A DNA stretch of 56,121 nt from an uncultured virus (IMG/VR IMGVR_UViG_3300044530_000636) (IMGVR_UViG_3300044530_000636); one strand, 5' to 3'; counted from the stretch's first letter, positions 20,124-30,431 are shown. Translations and numbers: made by a program. The notes: generated by a model not told the origin, from the sequence alone.

Positions 20124-21923
20124 ATGGCAGAATTTTTCGGTTTCGAATTCCGTAAAAAAGTTAAAGAAGAAGAACTCCCATCCTTTACCCCACCAAGTAA
20201 TACGGATGATGGAGCAGTAGTCGTATCTGCAGGCGGTGCATTCGGAACGTATGTTGACCTTGATGGTACAGTAAGATCAGAAGCAGAACTTGTTACAAAA
20301 TATCGTGAAATGTCTCTGCAGCCAGAATGTGACGCTGCTATTGACGAAATTGTTAATGAATCTATTGCGATTGACGAAGAGCATGTTGTAACTATTAATC
20401 TAGACGATCTTAAAATTGCAGACAATATTAAGAAAATGATTACTGATGAGTTTAATTATTGTCTTAATTTGTTAGAGTTCAACAAATATGCTTATGAAAT
20501 TTATCGTCGTTGGTATATCGACGGTCGTTTATATTATCATGTCGTTATCAACGATAAAACGCCAAATGAAGGTATCAAAGAACTTCGTTACGTTGATCCA
20601 CGTAAGATCCGTAAAGTCCGTGAAGTTCAAAAGAAACGTATTCAAGCCAATAATCCTGGCGATGCAGTTGTAACTAAGACAGTCAACGAATATTTTATTT
20701 TCAATGACAAGGGTTTCAACTTTGGTAATAAGGCAGTTGGTCCATCAACCACTGGTTTGAAGGTCGCAAAGGATTCAGTTCTACATATTGTGTCAGGTCT
20801 TACTGACAATCAGGGAACGATGGTTCTCTCATATCTACATAAAGCAATCAAGCCACTTAACCAGTTAAGAACATTGGAAGACGCTCTAGTTATCTATCGT
20901 CTTGCTCGTGCGCCAGAACGTCGTATTTGGTATATTGACGTTGGTAATCTTCCTAAAATGAAGGCAGAGCAGTATGTTCGTGACATTATGGTTAAGCATA
21001 AAAACCGTCTAATTTACGACGCACAGACTGGTGACATTCGTGACGATCGTAAGTTCATGACGATGCTTGAAGACTATTGGCTACCACGCCGTGAAGGTGG
21101 TAGAGGTACGGAGGTTACTACCCTACCAGGTGGCCAGACACTGGGACAAATGGACGACGTCCTATACTTCCAAAAGAAGTTTTTACAGGCGCTTAATGTT
21201 CCGGTGTCAAGACTTAATTCAGATGCTTTGTTCTCTATCGGTAGAGCAACAGAAATTACAAGAGACGAACTTAAATTCGAGAAGTTTGTTGTTCGTCTAA
21301 GAAACAGATTCTCACAGTTGTTCCTAAAGCTACTTGAAAAGCAGTTAGTTCTTAAGGGTGTAACAACGGTTGATGATTGGAAAATGCTAGCAGCAAATAT
21401 CCGTTTTGACTTCTCATCAGATAATTATTTTGGCGAGCTTAAAGACGCTGAAATGCTTAATGGTAGAATTCAGCTTGCTGCTTCAATGCAACCAATCGCT
21501 GGTCAGTATTATTCACATCAGTGGATTCGTAAGAATGTTCTTAAGCAGACTGATACTGATATGAAAGAACAAGACGGTCAGATTGGTAAGGAACAGAATT
21601 CTGGTGAATCTAGATGGATTAATCCAACTATTCTCAGCAACGAACAAATGGCAATGCAAACTGATATGATGGAACAACAAGGACAGCAAGGATTGCAGCC
21701 TGGAGTTGAAGGACAAATGGGTGGACCAGACCCAGAAACTCAGCAAAGAATTGAACAAGTTCGTCAGGCTGAAATTATCGTCGATCAGATGAAGAAAATG
21801 CCAAAGGGCAATAGAACTATGGCTGATGAAGCCAAATATAAAGCGGCTGTTCAAGTTATCGCCAAGAATCCAGGTTTAACTACAAAGGCGCTAGCTGGTG
21901 GTGCGCCGCAACAACAACAGTAA
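20124..21923 (+). CDS. gp20: Portal vertex protein
   Basis: IYRLARAPERRIWYIDVGNLPK, MLEDYWLPRREGGRGTEVTTLPGG. Confidence 0.96.
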   Translation: MAEFFGFEFRKKVKEEELPSFTPPSNTDDGAVVVSAGGAFGTYVDLDGTVRSEAELVTKYREMSLQPECDAAIDEIVNESIAIDEEHVVTINLDDLKIADNIKKMITDEFNYCLNLLEFNKYAYEIYRRWYIDGRLYYHVVINDKTPNEGIKELRYVDPRKIRKVREVQKKRIQANNPGDAVVTKTVNEYFIFNDKGFNFGNKAVGPSTTGLKVAKDSVLHIVSGLTDNQGTMVLSYLHKAIKPLNQLRTLEDALVIYRLARAPERRIWYIDVGNLPKMKAEQYVRDIMVKHKNRLIYDAQTGDIRDDRKFMTMLEDYWLPRREGGRGTEVTTLPGGQTLGQMDDVLYFQKKFLQALNVPVSRLNSDALFSIGRATEITRDELKFEKFVVRLRNRFSQLFLKLLEKQLVLKGVTTVDDWKMLAANIRFDFSSDNYFGELKDAEMLNGRIQLAASMQPIAGQYYSHQWIRKNVLKQTDTDMKEQDGQIGKEQNSGESRWINPTILSNEQMAMQTDMMEQQGQQGLQPGVEGQMGGPDPETQQRIEQVRQAEIIVDQMKKMPKGNRTMADEAKYKAAVQVIAKNPGLTTKALAGGAPQQQQ

Positions 21924-21934
21924 GGTGAGATGTA

Positions 21935-22186
21935 ATGTCAGAAGATAATAAATATGGAATAAATGATTTAATTTCTGCAGCTGTTCTTCAGAAACCATTA
22001 GAGTTCGAAACAGCGTTTGCTGATATTGTTACTGATAGAATTAGAACTGCAGTAGAAAATAAAAAAATCGAAGTCGCTCAGCAGCTTTATAATTATGAAC
22101 CAGAAGCTGAAAATGATGATGAGTTTGGCGCTGCTGATATGGACGTAGACAACTCAGAGGAAGAAGAAAATGGCGAAGCCGCTTAG
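21935..22186 (+). CDS. Putative prohead core protein (gp67-like position)
   Basis: Small acidic protein between portal and protease. Confidence 0.55.
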   Translation: MSEDNKYGINDLISAAVLQKPLEFETAFADIVTDRIRTAVENKKIEVAQQLYNYEPEAENDDEFGAADMDVDNSEEEENGEAA

Positions 22187-22952
22187 AGATATTACAAAGC
22201 ATGGTGTAAATGCTAGTAAAGAAGTACCAAACGATCTAACAAATCTCGCCATGTCACCTGAAGGTAACAAGGGTGAAATTGAGTTTGCAAAGAAACATAA
22301 AATTAGCAGAAAAGAAGATCCTGCTGGCAATGGCGACGAAGTGTTCAAAGGTAGTAACATAAAAGTTGCCAAATACGACAAGCAAGACGCTAAGGTTTAC
22401 GAAGAAGCCGAAGAGGAGCTTGACGAAAAATATTTGGGTTTTAAGAAGCTCAAAGCATCTATCGCTGCCAAAGGCGACGTTAGAGATCCAGGAGCCGTTG
22501 CTGCTGCTATTGGGCGTAAGAAATACGGCAAAGAAAAGTTTCAGGCAGCTGCTGCCAAGGGTAAAAAGTTAAGAGAAGCAACCTCTAAGTGCAATCATAC
22601 TGGTCTTGGCGTTATGTGCGAAATGCATGGCACAGAAAAATGCCCTCCAGGTATTGAACCAAAAGACATTCCAAAGTTTGGTCAGAAAGTTTTACTAGAC
22701 AAAAAAGCAACTGTTAAAGAAGAAGTTATCAGCGAAGTCGCTCCGCCAAATCCAAAGATTGAAGCATGGGTTAAGGCCAACAAAGAGCGTTTCGTAAAAG
22801 AATATGGTAAAGAAAAAGGCACTCAGGTTCTTTATGCCAAAGCGTGGAAAATGCATGGTCAGTCAGAATCAGGTTCTGCAACAAATACAGATTATACTGG
22901 ACCAGGAGCCTCTGGATGGACAACTGGTAGATTAGATGTGGGGACTCTATAA
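22170..22952 (+). CDS. Putative prohead core or internal head protein
   Basis: 260 aa, K/E/A-rich, in head module. Confidence 0.5.
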   Translation: MAKPLRDITKHGVNASKEVPNDLTNLAMSPEGNKGEIEFAKKHKISRKEDPAGNGDEVFKGSNIKVAKYDKQDAKVYEEAEEELDEKYLGFKKLKASIAAKGDVRDPGAVAAAIGRKKYGKEKFQAAAAKGKKLREATSKCNHTGLGVMCEMHGTEKCPPGIEPKDIPKFGQKVLLDKKATVKEEVISEVAPPNPKIEAWVKANKERFVKEYGKEKGTQVLYAKAWKMHGQSESGSATNTDYTGPGASGWTTGRLDVGTL

Positions 22953-23197
22953 TGTTTATTAAATTACTTGGCGCCGAAAGAGCAATTACTACAGCAAACA
23001 ATTTTGGCAACACTGCAAATCTTTGTAGAGTTGTAAACCCAACTACTGCTGCTGTTCTTAATATTGCATATGCTAATGGTGTTGTATATGCTAACACAAC
23101 GGTTACAAATACAGCTCCAATTTATGTTGTTAAATCATTAACAGATACACTTCAAGGTACTGGTTTATTAGCAACTCCAGTAGCATACAGAGGATAA
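22952..23197 (+). CDS. Small head-module protein
   Basis: 81 aa, TAATG-coupled, upstream of gp21. Confidence 0.55.
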   Translation: MFIKLLGAERAITTANNFGNTANLCRVVNPTTAAVLNIAYANGVVYANTTVTNTAPIYVVKSLTDTLQGTGLLATPVAYRG

Positions 23198-23200
23198 GAG

Positions 23201-23869
23201 ATGAAACTCATCGCCGAATTAAACGAAGATACTCAATATATTACTGAGAGATCTGAAGACGGTAAAAGAAGCCATTATATTACTGGTCGTTTCATGACCG
23301 CTGAAGAAAAGAATAAGAATGGTAGAATGTATAAAAAGGATATTCTAGAAAATGAAGTTTCTAGATATCTCAGAGAAGTTGTTCAGGCCAAAAGAGCTTT
23401 CGGCGAATTGAATCATCCTTCAGGACCAACAATTAACCTAGACCGTGTTTCACATATCATTACAGAACTATCATGGGATGGTAACTACGTAAACGGTAAA
23501 GCCAAAATTACATCAACTCCAATGGGTGAAATTGCTAGAGGTCTCCTTGAATCAGGTGGACAGCTTGGTGTTTCTACACGTGGTATGGGTTCTTTGAAAG
23601 AAGAAAAAGGTGTAATGGTTGTTCAATCCGATTTCAAACTTTCAACAGTTGATATTGTTTCTGACCCTAGTGGTCCTGGTTGCTTCGTAAATGGTATTAT
23701 GGAAAACGTTGAGTGGATTTACGATCCAGTCAAGAACACATGGCATGAAGAAAAACTTCATGAAATTAAAAAGACTGTTCATAAGATTTCAAAAGCGCAG
23801 TTAGAAGAAAAGAAACTTGCTATATTTGAAGCATATCTTACTTCTTTAGCAAAATCTAAATTTTTATAA
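23201..23869 (+). CDS. gp21: Prohead protease
   Basis: NKNGRMY, AFGELNHP, LGVSTRGMGSL, DIVSDPS. Confidence 0.95.
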   Translation: MKLIAELNEDTQYITERSEDGKRSHYITGRFMTAEEKNKNGRMYKKDILENEVSRYLREVVQAKRAFGELNHPSGPTINLDRVSHIITELSWDGNYVNGKAKITSTPMGEIARGLLESGGQLGVSTRGMGSLKEEKGVMVVQSDFKLSTVDIVSDPSGPGCFVNGIMENVEWIYDPVKNTWHEEKLHEIKKTVHKISKAQLEEKKLAIFEAYLTSLAKSKFL

Positions 23870-23872
23870 ATA
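23865..23872 (+). promoter_or_regulatory. T4-type late promoter
   Basis: TATAAATA upstream of gp22. Confidence 0.7.
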
Positions 23873-23904
23873 TATGTAAATTTCACTAATAGGAGACTAT
23901 TTCA

Positions 23905-25047
23905 ATGGATAACCAAGAATTCGATCTTGAAGATGTTGCTAACCTAGAGGATACTGCTGTATCCGAGGCAAAGCACGAAGAGGAAGAAGAAGAGGAAGAA
24001 GAGTCTTCTAAGTCTGAAAAGAAGGACAAGAAAGACAAGAAAGAAAAGATGGACGAGGAAACACTCGCTGCATCTTCACTTCATCCAAAGGCTCGTGGTT
24101 CAGAAGCTATGCCAAAGCTAAAGGCAATGACTGGCGTTATGAATGTCATGGCTGGTATGGGTAATTCTGACCTAATCAATTTCTTCAATCAGGTTCAGGC
24201 TCAGTTTGGTCCAGGTAAGGATCATGGTGTTGGCGATAAGTCAGCACAGAATCAGTCATCAATTGACATGACTACTGGTTCAGGTCCAAAGACTCGTGAT
24301 GCTATGCCAAAGCTAAACGTCAAGGAAGACATTGAAGAAATGTTCAATGGCCAGGATCTTTCCGAAGAATTTAAAGAAAACATTTCTACACTATTCGAAG
24401 CTGCAGTTTCAGCAAGAACTATTCTTGAGACTACTCGTCTTGAAGAAGAATTCGAAACTAAGCTACAGGAAGAAATCGCTAACTTCAATGAAGAAGTAAC
24501 TTCAAAGCTCGACACATATCTTGATTATTGTGTTGAAAACTGGATGAAGGAAAATGAAGTAGCTATTGAATCAACTCTACGCAACGAACTCGCAGAAGAA
24601 TTCGTTGATGGATTGAAGAGCCTATTCGCTGAGCATTACATCAATGTTCCAGAGAATAAGGTTGACGTTCTAGAGGCAATGGCCGAGAAGGTTGCTGCTC
24701 TCGAAGAAAAGATGAATGAAATAATTTCTGAAAATGTTGAGCTAAAGAATAATTTGCTAGTTTCATCTGCAAATGAAATCTTTGAGAACATTTCTTCTGA
24801 TCTTGCACTGACTCAGAGAGAAAAGTTCGCTGCTCTAGCAGAGGGAATTGAGTTCGACGGCGATCTAGAAGTTTTCGAAAAGAAGCTAATGATCGTTAAG
24901 GAGAACTACTTCAAGAATGACGCTACTGTAAGTTCTTCAAACATTGAAGAAGAAACTTTTGAAGGCGAGATTAATGAATCTGTTGTTAACGTTGATCCTT
25001 CGGTCAGCCGTTACGTTCAGGCTCTCGCAAGAACAGTTAAAAAGTAA
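23905..25047 (+). CDS. gp22: Prohead scaffolding protein
   Basis: LSEEFK..TLFEAAV, YLDYCVENWMKENEVAIE, LFAEHYI. Confidence 0.92.
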   Translation: MDNQEFDLEDVANLEDTAVSEAKHEEEEEEEEESSKSEKKDKKDKKEKMDEETLAASSLHPKARGSEAMPKLKAMTGVMNVMAGMGNSDLINFFNQVQAQFGPGKDHGVGDKSAQNQSSIDMTTGSGPKTRDAMPKLNVKEDIEEMFNGQDLSEEFKENISTLFEAAVSARTILETTRLEEEFETKLQEEIANFNEEVTSKLDTYLDYCVENWMKENEVAIESTLRNELAEEFVDGLKSLFAEHYINVPENKVDVLEAMAEKVAALEEKMNEIISENVELKNNLLVSSANEIFENISSDLALTQREKFAALAEGIEFDGDLEVFEKKLMIVKENYFKNDATVSSSNIEEETFEGEINESVVNVDPSVSRYVQALARTVKK

Positions 25048-25052
25048 TATAT

Positions 25053-25060
25053 TATAAATA
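25053..25060 (+). promoter_or_regulatory. T4-type late promoter
   Basis: TATAAATA upstream of gp23. Confidence 0.75.
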
Positions 25061-25093
25061 GAAAAGATATTTATTTCTTAGAAAGGAAAACAA

Positions 25094-26482
25094 ATGTATC
25101 TAGCTGAGGAAATTCAAAACAAGTGGGCACCAGTTCTTGACCACGACGCTCTTGGTACCATTAAGGACCAGCACCGCCGTTCAGTAACTGCAGTTATGCT
25201 CGAGAACACAGAGAAGGCTCTTCGTGAGTCAGCTTCACATGGTCAGTATCAGACTCTAACTGAAACTGATTCATTCGTTCATAACAACCTAATGGGCGCT
25301 TCATCTTCAACTCAGGGAACTGGTGGTATCGATACTTTCGATCCTGTCCTAATTTCTCTAGTTCGTCGTGCAATGCCTAACCTAATTGCTTACGATATCT
25401 GCGGCGTTCAGCCAATGACTGGTCCAACTGGACTTATCTTCGCAATGCGTTCACGTTATGCTACTGGCGGAAACTCTTCAGTCCAGTCATTCAACAACTC
25501 CGGCGCAGAAACATTCTACAACGAAGTTAACACTCAGTTCTCATCTGTTACTTCAGGAGCTAACACTCTTGGTCAGAAGCATGTTGGTACCATCCCAGGT
25601 GCTACTAACACTTCACCACTAACAGCTGTTAACACTTATAACACTGGTTACGGTATGTCAACATTCCAGGCTGAAGCCCTAGGAACTGATGCCAATACTG
25701 CATTCCCAGAAATGGCTTTCTCAATCGAGAAGGTTACTGTATCAGCTAACACTCGTGCTCTAAAGGCAGAGTACACTATGGAACTAGCTCAGGATCTTAA
25801 GGCTATCCATGGTCTAGACGCTGAAACAGAACTAGCAAACATTCTATCAGCTGAAATCCTAGCCGAAATCAACCGTGAAGTTGTTCGTACTATCAACATC
25901 ACTGCTGAAGCTGGCGCTCAGGAAAACACAACTACTCCAGGTATCTTCGATCTTGATACTGATTCAAACGGTCGTTGGTCAGTTGAGAAGTTCAAGGGTC
26001 TTATGTTCCAGCTAGAACGTGAAGCCAATGCTATCGCCAAGCAGACTCGTCGTGGTAAGGGTAACATCGTTATCTGTTCTTCAGACGTTGCTTCTGCTCT
26101 ACAGATGGCTGGTGTTCTAGACTACACTCCTGCCCTTAACTCAAACAACCTACAGGTTGACGATACAGGTAATACCTTCGCTGGTATCCTAAACGGACGT
26201 CTAAAGGTTTATATCGATCCATACGCTCTAGGTGGTAACTACCTAACAGTCGGCTATAAGGGTTCATCAGCATTCGACGCTGGTCTATTCTACTGCCCAT
26301 ACGTTCCACTACAGATGGTACGTGCTGTTGACCAGTCATCATTCCAGCCAAAGATCGGCTTTAAGACTCGTTACGGCATGGTTGCAAACCCATTCGCCGA
26401 AGGTACTAACCAGGGTCTTGGACGTCGTGCTATCAGCACTAACAAGTACTACCGTCGTCTTATCGTTAACAACCTTATGTAA
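25094..26482 (+). CDS. gp23: Major capsid protein
   Basis: LVRRAMPNLIAYDICGVQPMTGPTGLIFAMR, RALKAEYTMELAQDLKAIHGLDAE, FQPKIGFKTRYG. Confidence 0.98.
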   Translation: MYLAEEIQNKWAPVLDHDALGTIKDQHRRSVTAVMLENTEKALRESASHGQYQTLTETDSFVHNNLMGASSSTQGTGGIDTFDPVLISLVRRAMPNLIAYDICGVQPMTGPTGLIFAMRSRYATGGNSSVQSFNNSGAETFYNEVNTQFSSVTSGANTLGQKHVGTIPGATNTSPLTAVNTYNTGYGMSTFQAEALGTDANTAFPEMAFSIEKVTVSANTRALKAEYTMELAQDLKAIHGLDAETELANILSAEILAEINREVVRTINITAEAGAQENTTTPGIFDLDTDSNGRWSVEKFKGLMFQLEREANAIAKQTRRGKGNIVICSSDVASALQMAGVLDYTPALNSNNLQVDDTGNTFAGILNGRLKVYIDPYALGGNYLTVGYKGSSAFDAGLFYCPYVPLQMVRAVDQSSFQPKIGFKTRYGMVANPFAEGTNQGLGRRAISTNKYYRRLIVNNLM

Positions 26483-26512
26483 GAACCACATAAGCAAGGT
26501 GGCGAAAAACTT

Positions 26513-26538
26513 AGGGGGAGCTTCGGCTCCCCCTTTTT
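26513..26538 (+). terminator. Rho-independent terminator with UUCG tetraloop
   Basis: AGGGGGAGC-TTCG-GCTCCCCCT-TTTT after gp23. Confidence 0.9.
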
Positions 26539-27148
26539 AGTATATAAAGGTTGAATAAGAAAATCTTCCCATCCTATTGAATGGTGTTTTGTCTTTCATA
26601 ATTACTGGCTCTACTGTATGCATAGCCTTTGACGGAAATAATATCCCTGAATTATTTTTAATTTCTACCCGATAATCAATATCGTTCAGAATCAAATCTC
26701 CTCCAGTAAATTGTTTTGGTTCTTTGAACAGCCAAAATATAAAAGTAAATTCACTAGCGTCTCTGTGTGTTAAGTAATAATCATTATCTTGATAGTAGCT
26801 AAACAGAGTCCTAGTATTATAAAAGTTCTTCGAAAAGAATTCAAAATTGTTATCCTTTTCGTTTAATTCAGAAAAAGGAAGATACTCGAATTGTTTACTT
26901 GATAACCTCAGGTAATTTGAAAACTTCATAGGTTCAGAGTAGATATCTTCCAAGAATAATCCTTTGTTAGTTTTTAAAAGATTACCCTCTTTATCTCGTG
27001 CAGCGCCAGAATTAGCAGTCAATTCTAATTTCTTTTCATCGCATAAGAATATGCATTCTTTGTATATGGTTTGTAGTTCTTCATCGTCGTAAATATTTTC
27101 ATATAGGACGAAAGAAAATTTGTCAGTTTTTAGATGATTAAAGTCCAT
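26537..27148 (-). CDS. 2OG-Fe(II) oxygenase (prolyl-hydroxylase-like), inverted
   Basis: YYLTHRD..FTGGDL..FPSKAMHTVEPV..GRFS; start moved to ATG at 27148 with GAGGA RBS. Confidence 0.8.
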   Translation of the reverse strand: MDFNHLKTDKFSFVLYENIYDDEELQTIYKECIFLCDEKKLELTANSGAARDKEGNLLKTNKGLFLEDIYSEPMKFSNYLRLSSKQFEYLPFSELNEKDNNFEFFSKNFYNTRTLFSYYQDNDYYLTHRDASEFTFIFWLFKEPKQFTGGDLILNDIDYRVEIKNNSGILFPSKAMHTVEPVIMKDKTPFNRMGRFSYSTFIY

Positions 27149-27158
27149 TATATCCTCA

Positions 27159-27166
27159 TATAAATA
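27159..27166 (+). promoter_or_regulatory. T4-type late promoter
   Basis: TATAAATA upstream of gp3. Confidence 0.7.
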
Positions 27167-27182
27167 GTAGAAAGGAGTTAAA

Positions 27183-27704
27183 ATGACAGCGATAGATAAC
27201 ACACCATCTAATAAAAACTTTCTAAGTCCTCTGAATTTCAAGTTCACGATTAAGAAAGCACCGCATGTCAACTTCTTTATTCAGAAAGTTAATATACCAG
27301 ACCTAAGTTTAAAGCCTGTTATCACATCAAACCCAATGGTCGTTATACCGCAAATTGGGGATCACTTAGATTACGGTTTACTTAATATTACTTTTAAGGT
27401 CGACGAAGATCTACAAAATTATCTAGAGCTTCATAATTGGATGAAGGCTCTTGGTAAGCCTAAAGATTTTGTTGAAAGAAAGGCTATCAGAGAAAACCCT
27501 TCTTATACAGGAGATGGCGAAACTTCGGATATTTCTCTTATGGTTCTTTCTTCTACAAAAATGGCTAATTATGAAATCGTATTCACAGATGCACATCCAA
27601 CAAGTTTGACTGGTGCAGTTTTCAATACAACGGACGACGATGTTAATTATATCGAAGCGTCTGCTACATTTAAATATACTTATTACGACATTAATAACGT
27701 ATAA
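27183..27704 (+). CDS. gp3: Tail completion (tube terminator) protein
   Basis: NFLSPLNFKF, FFIQKVNIP, FKVDEDLQNYLELHNWM; follows gp23 as in many T4-like phages. Confidence 0.88.
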   Translation: MTAIDNTPSNKNFLSPLNFKFTIKKAPHVNFFIQKVNIPDLSLKPVITSNPMVVIPQIGDHLDYGLLNITFKVDEDLQNYLELHNWMKALGKPKDFVERKAIRENPSYTGDGETSDISLMVLSSTKMANYEIVFTDAHPTSLTGAVFNTTDDDVNYIEASATFKYTYYDINNV

Positions 27705-27709
27705 AGATC

Positions 27710-27738
27710 TTTACTTTTTTCCAGAATTATAGTATACT
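27710..27738 (+). promoter_or_regulatory. Sigma70-like promoter for uvsY
   Basis: TTTACT-N17-TATACT. Confidence 0.55.
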
Positions 27739-27768
27739 ATTGACAGTTTAAAAGTCAAAGGCGATAAT

Positions 27769-28203
27769 ATGAAGATTGATGAAATTTTTGAGCAGTGGGA
27801 AAAAGACACTCAGGTCGATAAGACCGAGCTAGGGGATGCTTCTTTAGACACCCCTAAACTCCACCATAAATATTTTCAAATTCTAGTTAAAGAAAGATTA
27901 ACTCTTCGCAAATACGAAGCAGAGTTAAAACAACTCAAGCTAGACAAATACGAATTTTTAACGCAAGGTCCAAACGAAGAGACAAAAGATAAAGGCTGGA
28001 GATTACCAGCAAGAGGAATGGTCCTTAAAGGCGATATTCCTATGTATCTTGATGCTGATGATGATATCATTAACATTACCTTGAAAGTTGGATTACAGCA
28101 AGAAAAAATAGAACTACTTGAATCAATCATTAAACTTGTTATGAATAGAAATTATATCATTCGTAATGCAATTGATTGGCAGAAGTTCACTATGGGAGCA
28201 TAA
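27769..28203 (+). CDS. uvsY: Recombination mediator
   Basis: PKLHHKY, YLDADDD, RNYIIRNAIDWQKF; adjacent to uvsW. Confidence 0.88.
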   Translation: MKIDEIFEQWEKDTQVDKTELGDASLDTPKLHHKYFQILVKERLTLRKYEAELKQLKLDKYEFLTQGPNEETKDKGWRLPARGMVLKGDIPMYLDADDDIINITLKVGLQQEKIELLESIIKLVMNRNYIIRNAIDWQKFTMGA

Positions 28204-29657
28204 TGGTAGATATTATCCAGGTCGAGAAATGCGACGAGACTTACATCAAGGTTAAATGCGAACCTAGTATTATGATGGAGATGAGTGACTTCTTCACCTT
28301 CTCTGTTCCAGGAGCGCAGTTCACTCCAAAGTTTAGAGCTAAAGTTTGGGACGGTAAGATTCGTTTGCTCAACACTATGACTGGACTTATCTATCATGGT
28401 TTGCTTTCTTACATCGAAGAATTCTGTCACAAAAGAGAATATCAAATAGAATATCTTTCTGATTTTTCTACAGAAGAATTTTCTATCAAAGAAGCAAAAG
28501 AATTTATCCAAAGACTAAAACCAACATTTCAACCAAGAGATTATCAGTTAGATGCATTCGTGCATGCAGTAAGAGAACGTAGATCACTATTACTATCACC
28601 AACTGCTTCTGGTAAATCGTTTATCATTTATTTGCTTGTGAGGTATTATGCGAAAAGAACTCTCATTATTGTACCAACTACTTCTCTTGTTAGTCAGCTT
28701 TCCTCTGATTTTGCTGATTATGGTTTCGACTCTTCCACTTACGTACATCGTGTATACGCTGGAAAAGATAAGGTCACAAAACGACCAATCACAATCACAA
28801 CTTGGCAGAGCATATACAAGTTACCTAAAGAATTCTTTAATAACTTTGATGTTGTCATCGGAGACGAGGCTCATCTCTTCAAAGCAAAATCTCTTACTTC
28901 TATACTTGCTAAACTCTCCGGATGTCGCTATCGTTTTGGACTTACCGGAACACTGGATGGTAGCCAAACCCACCGCCTCGTCCTTGAAGGGCTCTTTGGG
29001 CCAGTCAGAAAAGTCATCTCAACAGCAGAGCTAATTGAGAAGAAGCATCTTGCAGATTTTAATATTAAAGGTATTGTTCTAACATATCCTGATGATATTA
29101 GAAAGATGATTGCTCGTTCGAACAAGTATCAAGCAGAGCTAGATTATATTGTAAGATGCGAAGCAAGAAATAAATTTATTAAAAACTTAGCATTATCTTT
29201 AGAAGGTAATACTCTGATACTATTTCAATTCGTTGAAAAGCATGGTAAAGATCTCTATGAGAAGATTCTCTCAGAAGCAGGAGATCGTAAGATTTTCTTC
29301 GTTCATGGTTCAGTCGATGGCGAAGAAAGAGAAGAAATTAGGAGGATTGTTGAAAATGAGTCTAATGCTATTATCGTCGCTAGTGTTGGTACTTTTTCTA
29401 CCGGAGTCAATATTAAGAATCTCCATTCTATTATTTTTGCTAGCCCAAGTAAGTCTCGCATCAGGAATCTACAGTCAATTGGCCGTGGACTACGTAAGTC
29501 TGATACGAAAACTGCTGCTACCTTATATGATATAGCAGATGATATGTCTTGGAAATCAAAGAAGAACTTTACTCTTTTGCACTTCATGGAACGAGTAAAG
29601 ATATACAATGAAGAGAAGTTTAAGTATAAACTCTATAAAGTAGAACTAAAGCTTTAA
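28203..29657 (+). CDS. uvsW: SF2 DNA helicase
   Basis: PRDYQ, SPTASGKS, GDEAH, GLTGT, LQSIGRGLR; ATG overlaps the uvsY stop. Confidence 0.95.
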   Translation: MVDIIQVEKCDETYIKVKCEPSIMMEMSDFFTFSVPGAQFTPKFRAKVWDGKIRLLNTMTGLIYHGLLSYIEEFCHKREYQIEYLSDFSTEEFSIKEAKEFIQRLKPTFQPRDYQLDAFVHAVRERRSLLLSPTASGKSFIIYLLVRYYAKRTLIIVPTTSLVSQLSSDFADYGFDSSTYVHRVYAGKDKVTKRPITITTWQSIYKLPKEFFNNFDVVIGDEAHLFKAKSLTSILAKLSGCRYRFGLTGTLDGSQTHRLVLEGLFGPVRKVISTAELIEKKHLADFNIKGIVLTYPDDIRKMIARSNKYQAELDYIVRCEARNKFIKNLALSLEGNTLILFQFVEKHGKDLYEKILSEAGDRKIFFVHGSVDGEEREEIRRIVENESNAIIVASVGTFSTGVNIKNLHSIIFASPSKSRIRNLQSIGRGLRKSDTKTAATLYDIADDMSWKSKKNFTLLHFMERVKIYNEEKFKYKLYKVELKL

Positions 29658-29678
29658 TATTCAACTCTGGCACTAGTG

Positions 29679-29706
29679 ATTATACCTGTGTCTTGAAAAA
29701 TGTCAA
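29679..29706 (-). promoter_or_regulatory. Consensus sigma70 promoter facing antisense into uvsW
   Basis: Minus strand reads TTGACA-N16-TATAAT. Confidence 0.55.
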
Positions 29707-29716
29707 GGAATATATT

Positions 29717-30268
29717 ATGGAAGTAAAGAAGCCAAAAAGAAAAACAAATTATATCAACAACAAGACTCTCTACGGAGCTATGATTCATTATAAAAATGAA
29801 TTGAAAGAAGCCGTGGCTGCAGGAAAAGAAGAACCTATCGTTCCGAAATATATCGGAGAGTCTATTCTTTTGATTTGTAACAACCTTGCCAAGAAGCCAA
29901 ACTTCTCTGGATACACTTATAAATCCGATATGATCAGCGATGGCATTATGGATTGTATTGCAGCAGTTGATAATTTCAATCCTGATAAAACAAACAATCC
30001 GTTCGCATATTTTACCCAGATTGCATGGAACGCTTTCCTTCGTCGCATTCAAAAAGAAAAGAAACAGACTTATATCAAGATGAAGAATTTTGAGAACAGC
30101 TTTATCTTCTCTGAAATGCAAGAAGAAGGACATGCTACTCAATTGAAATCTAATGAGTATTCAGCTGATGTTGTTAGGTCGTTTGAAGATAAGTTGACAA
30201 AAAGCAAAAAACCTAGTAAGCTAGTTGGAGTTGAGAAATTTTCAGAGGTAGAAGAAAATGAAGAATGA
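29717..30268 (+). CDS. gp55: Late-transcription sigma factor
   Basis: NYINNK, KPNFSGYTY..DMISDG, NPFAYFTQIAWNAFLRRIQKEKKQ. Confidence 0.95.
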   Translation: MEVKKPKRKTNYINNKTLYGAMIHYKNELKEAVAAGKEEPIVPKYIGESILLICNNLAKKPNFSGYTYKSDMISDGIMDCIAAVDNFNPDKTNNPFAYFTQIAWNAFLRRIQKEKKQTYIKMKNFENSFIFSEMQEEGHATQLKSNEYSADVVRSFEDKLTKSKKPSKLVGVEKFSEVEENEE

Positions 30269-30431
30269 ACATCTCGTGCCTGTTAATATTCAGGATATTG
30301 TTAACAGATTAAACGATAAGACTATTAAAGAAAACGAAAAGGCTAATCTTCTATTACGTCTTGACGCTATTCGTGATTATGTCACCGCCGCAGTAGTGAG
30401 AGCAAATGAAAATCGCCCTTTTAACCGATAG
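30258..30431 (+). CDS. Hypothetical protein (57 aa, not in ORF track)
   Basis: MKNEHLVPVNIQDIV..RPFNR fills the gap between gp55 and gp47. Confidence 0.5.
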   Translation: MKNEHLVPVNIQDIVNRLNDKTIKENEKANLLLRLDAIRDYVTAAVVRANENRPFNR

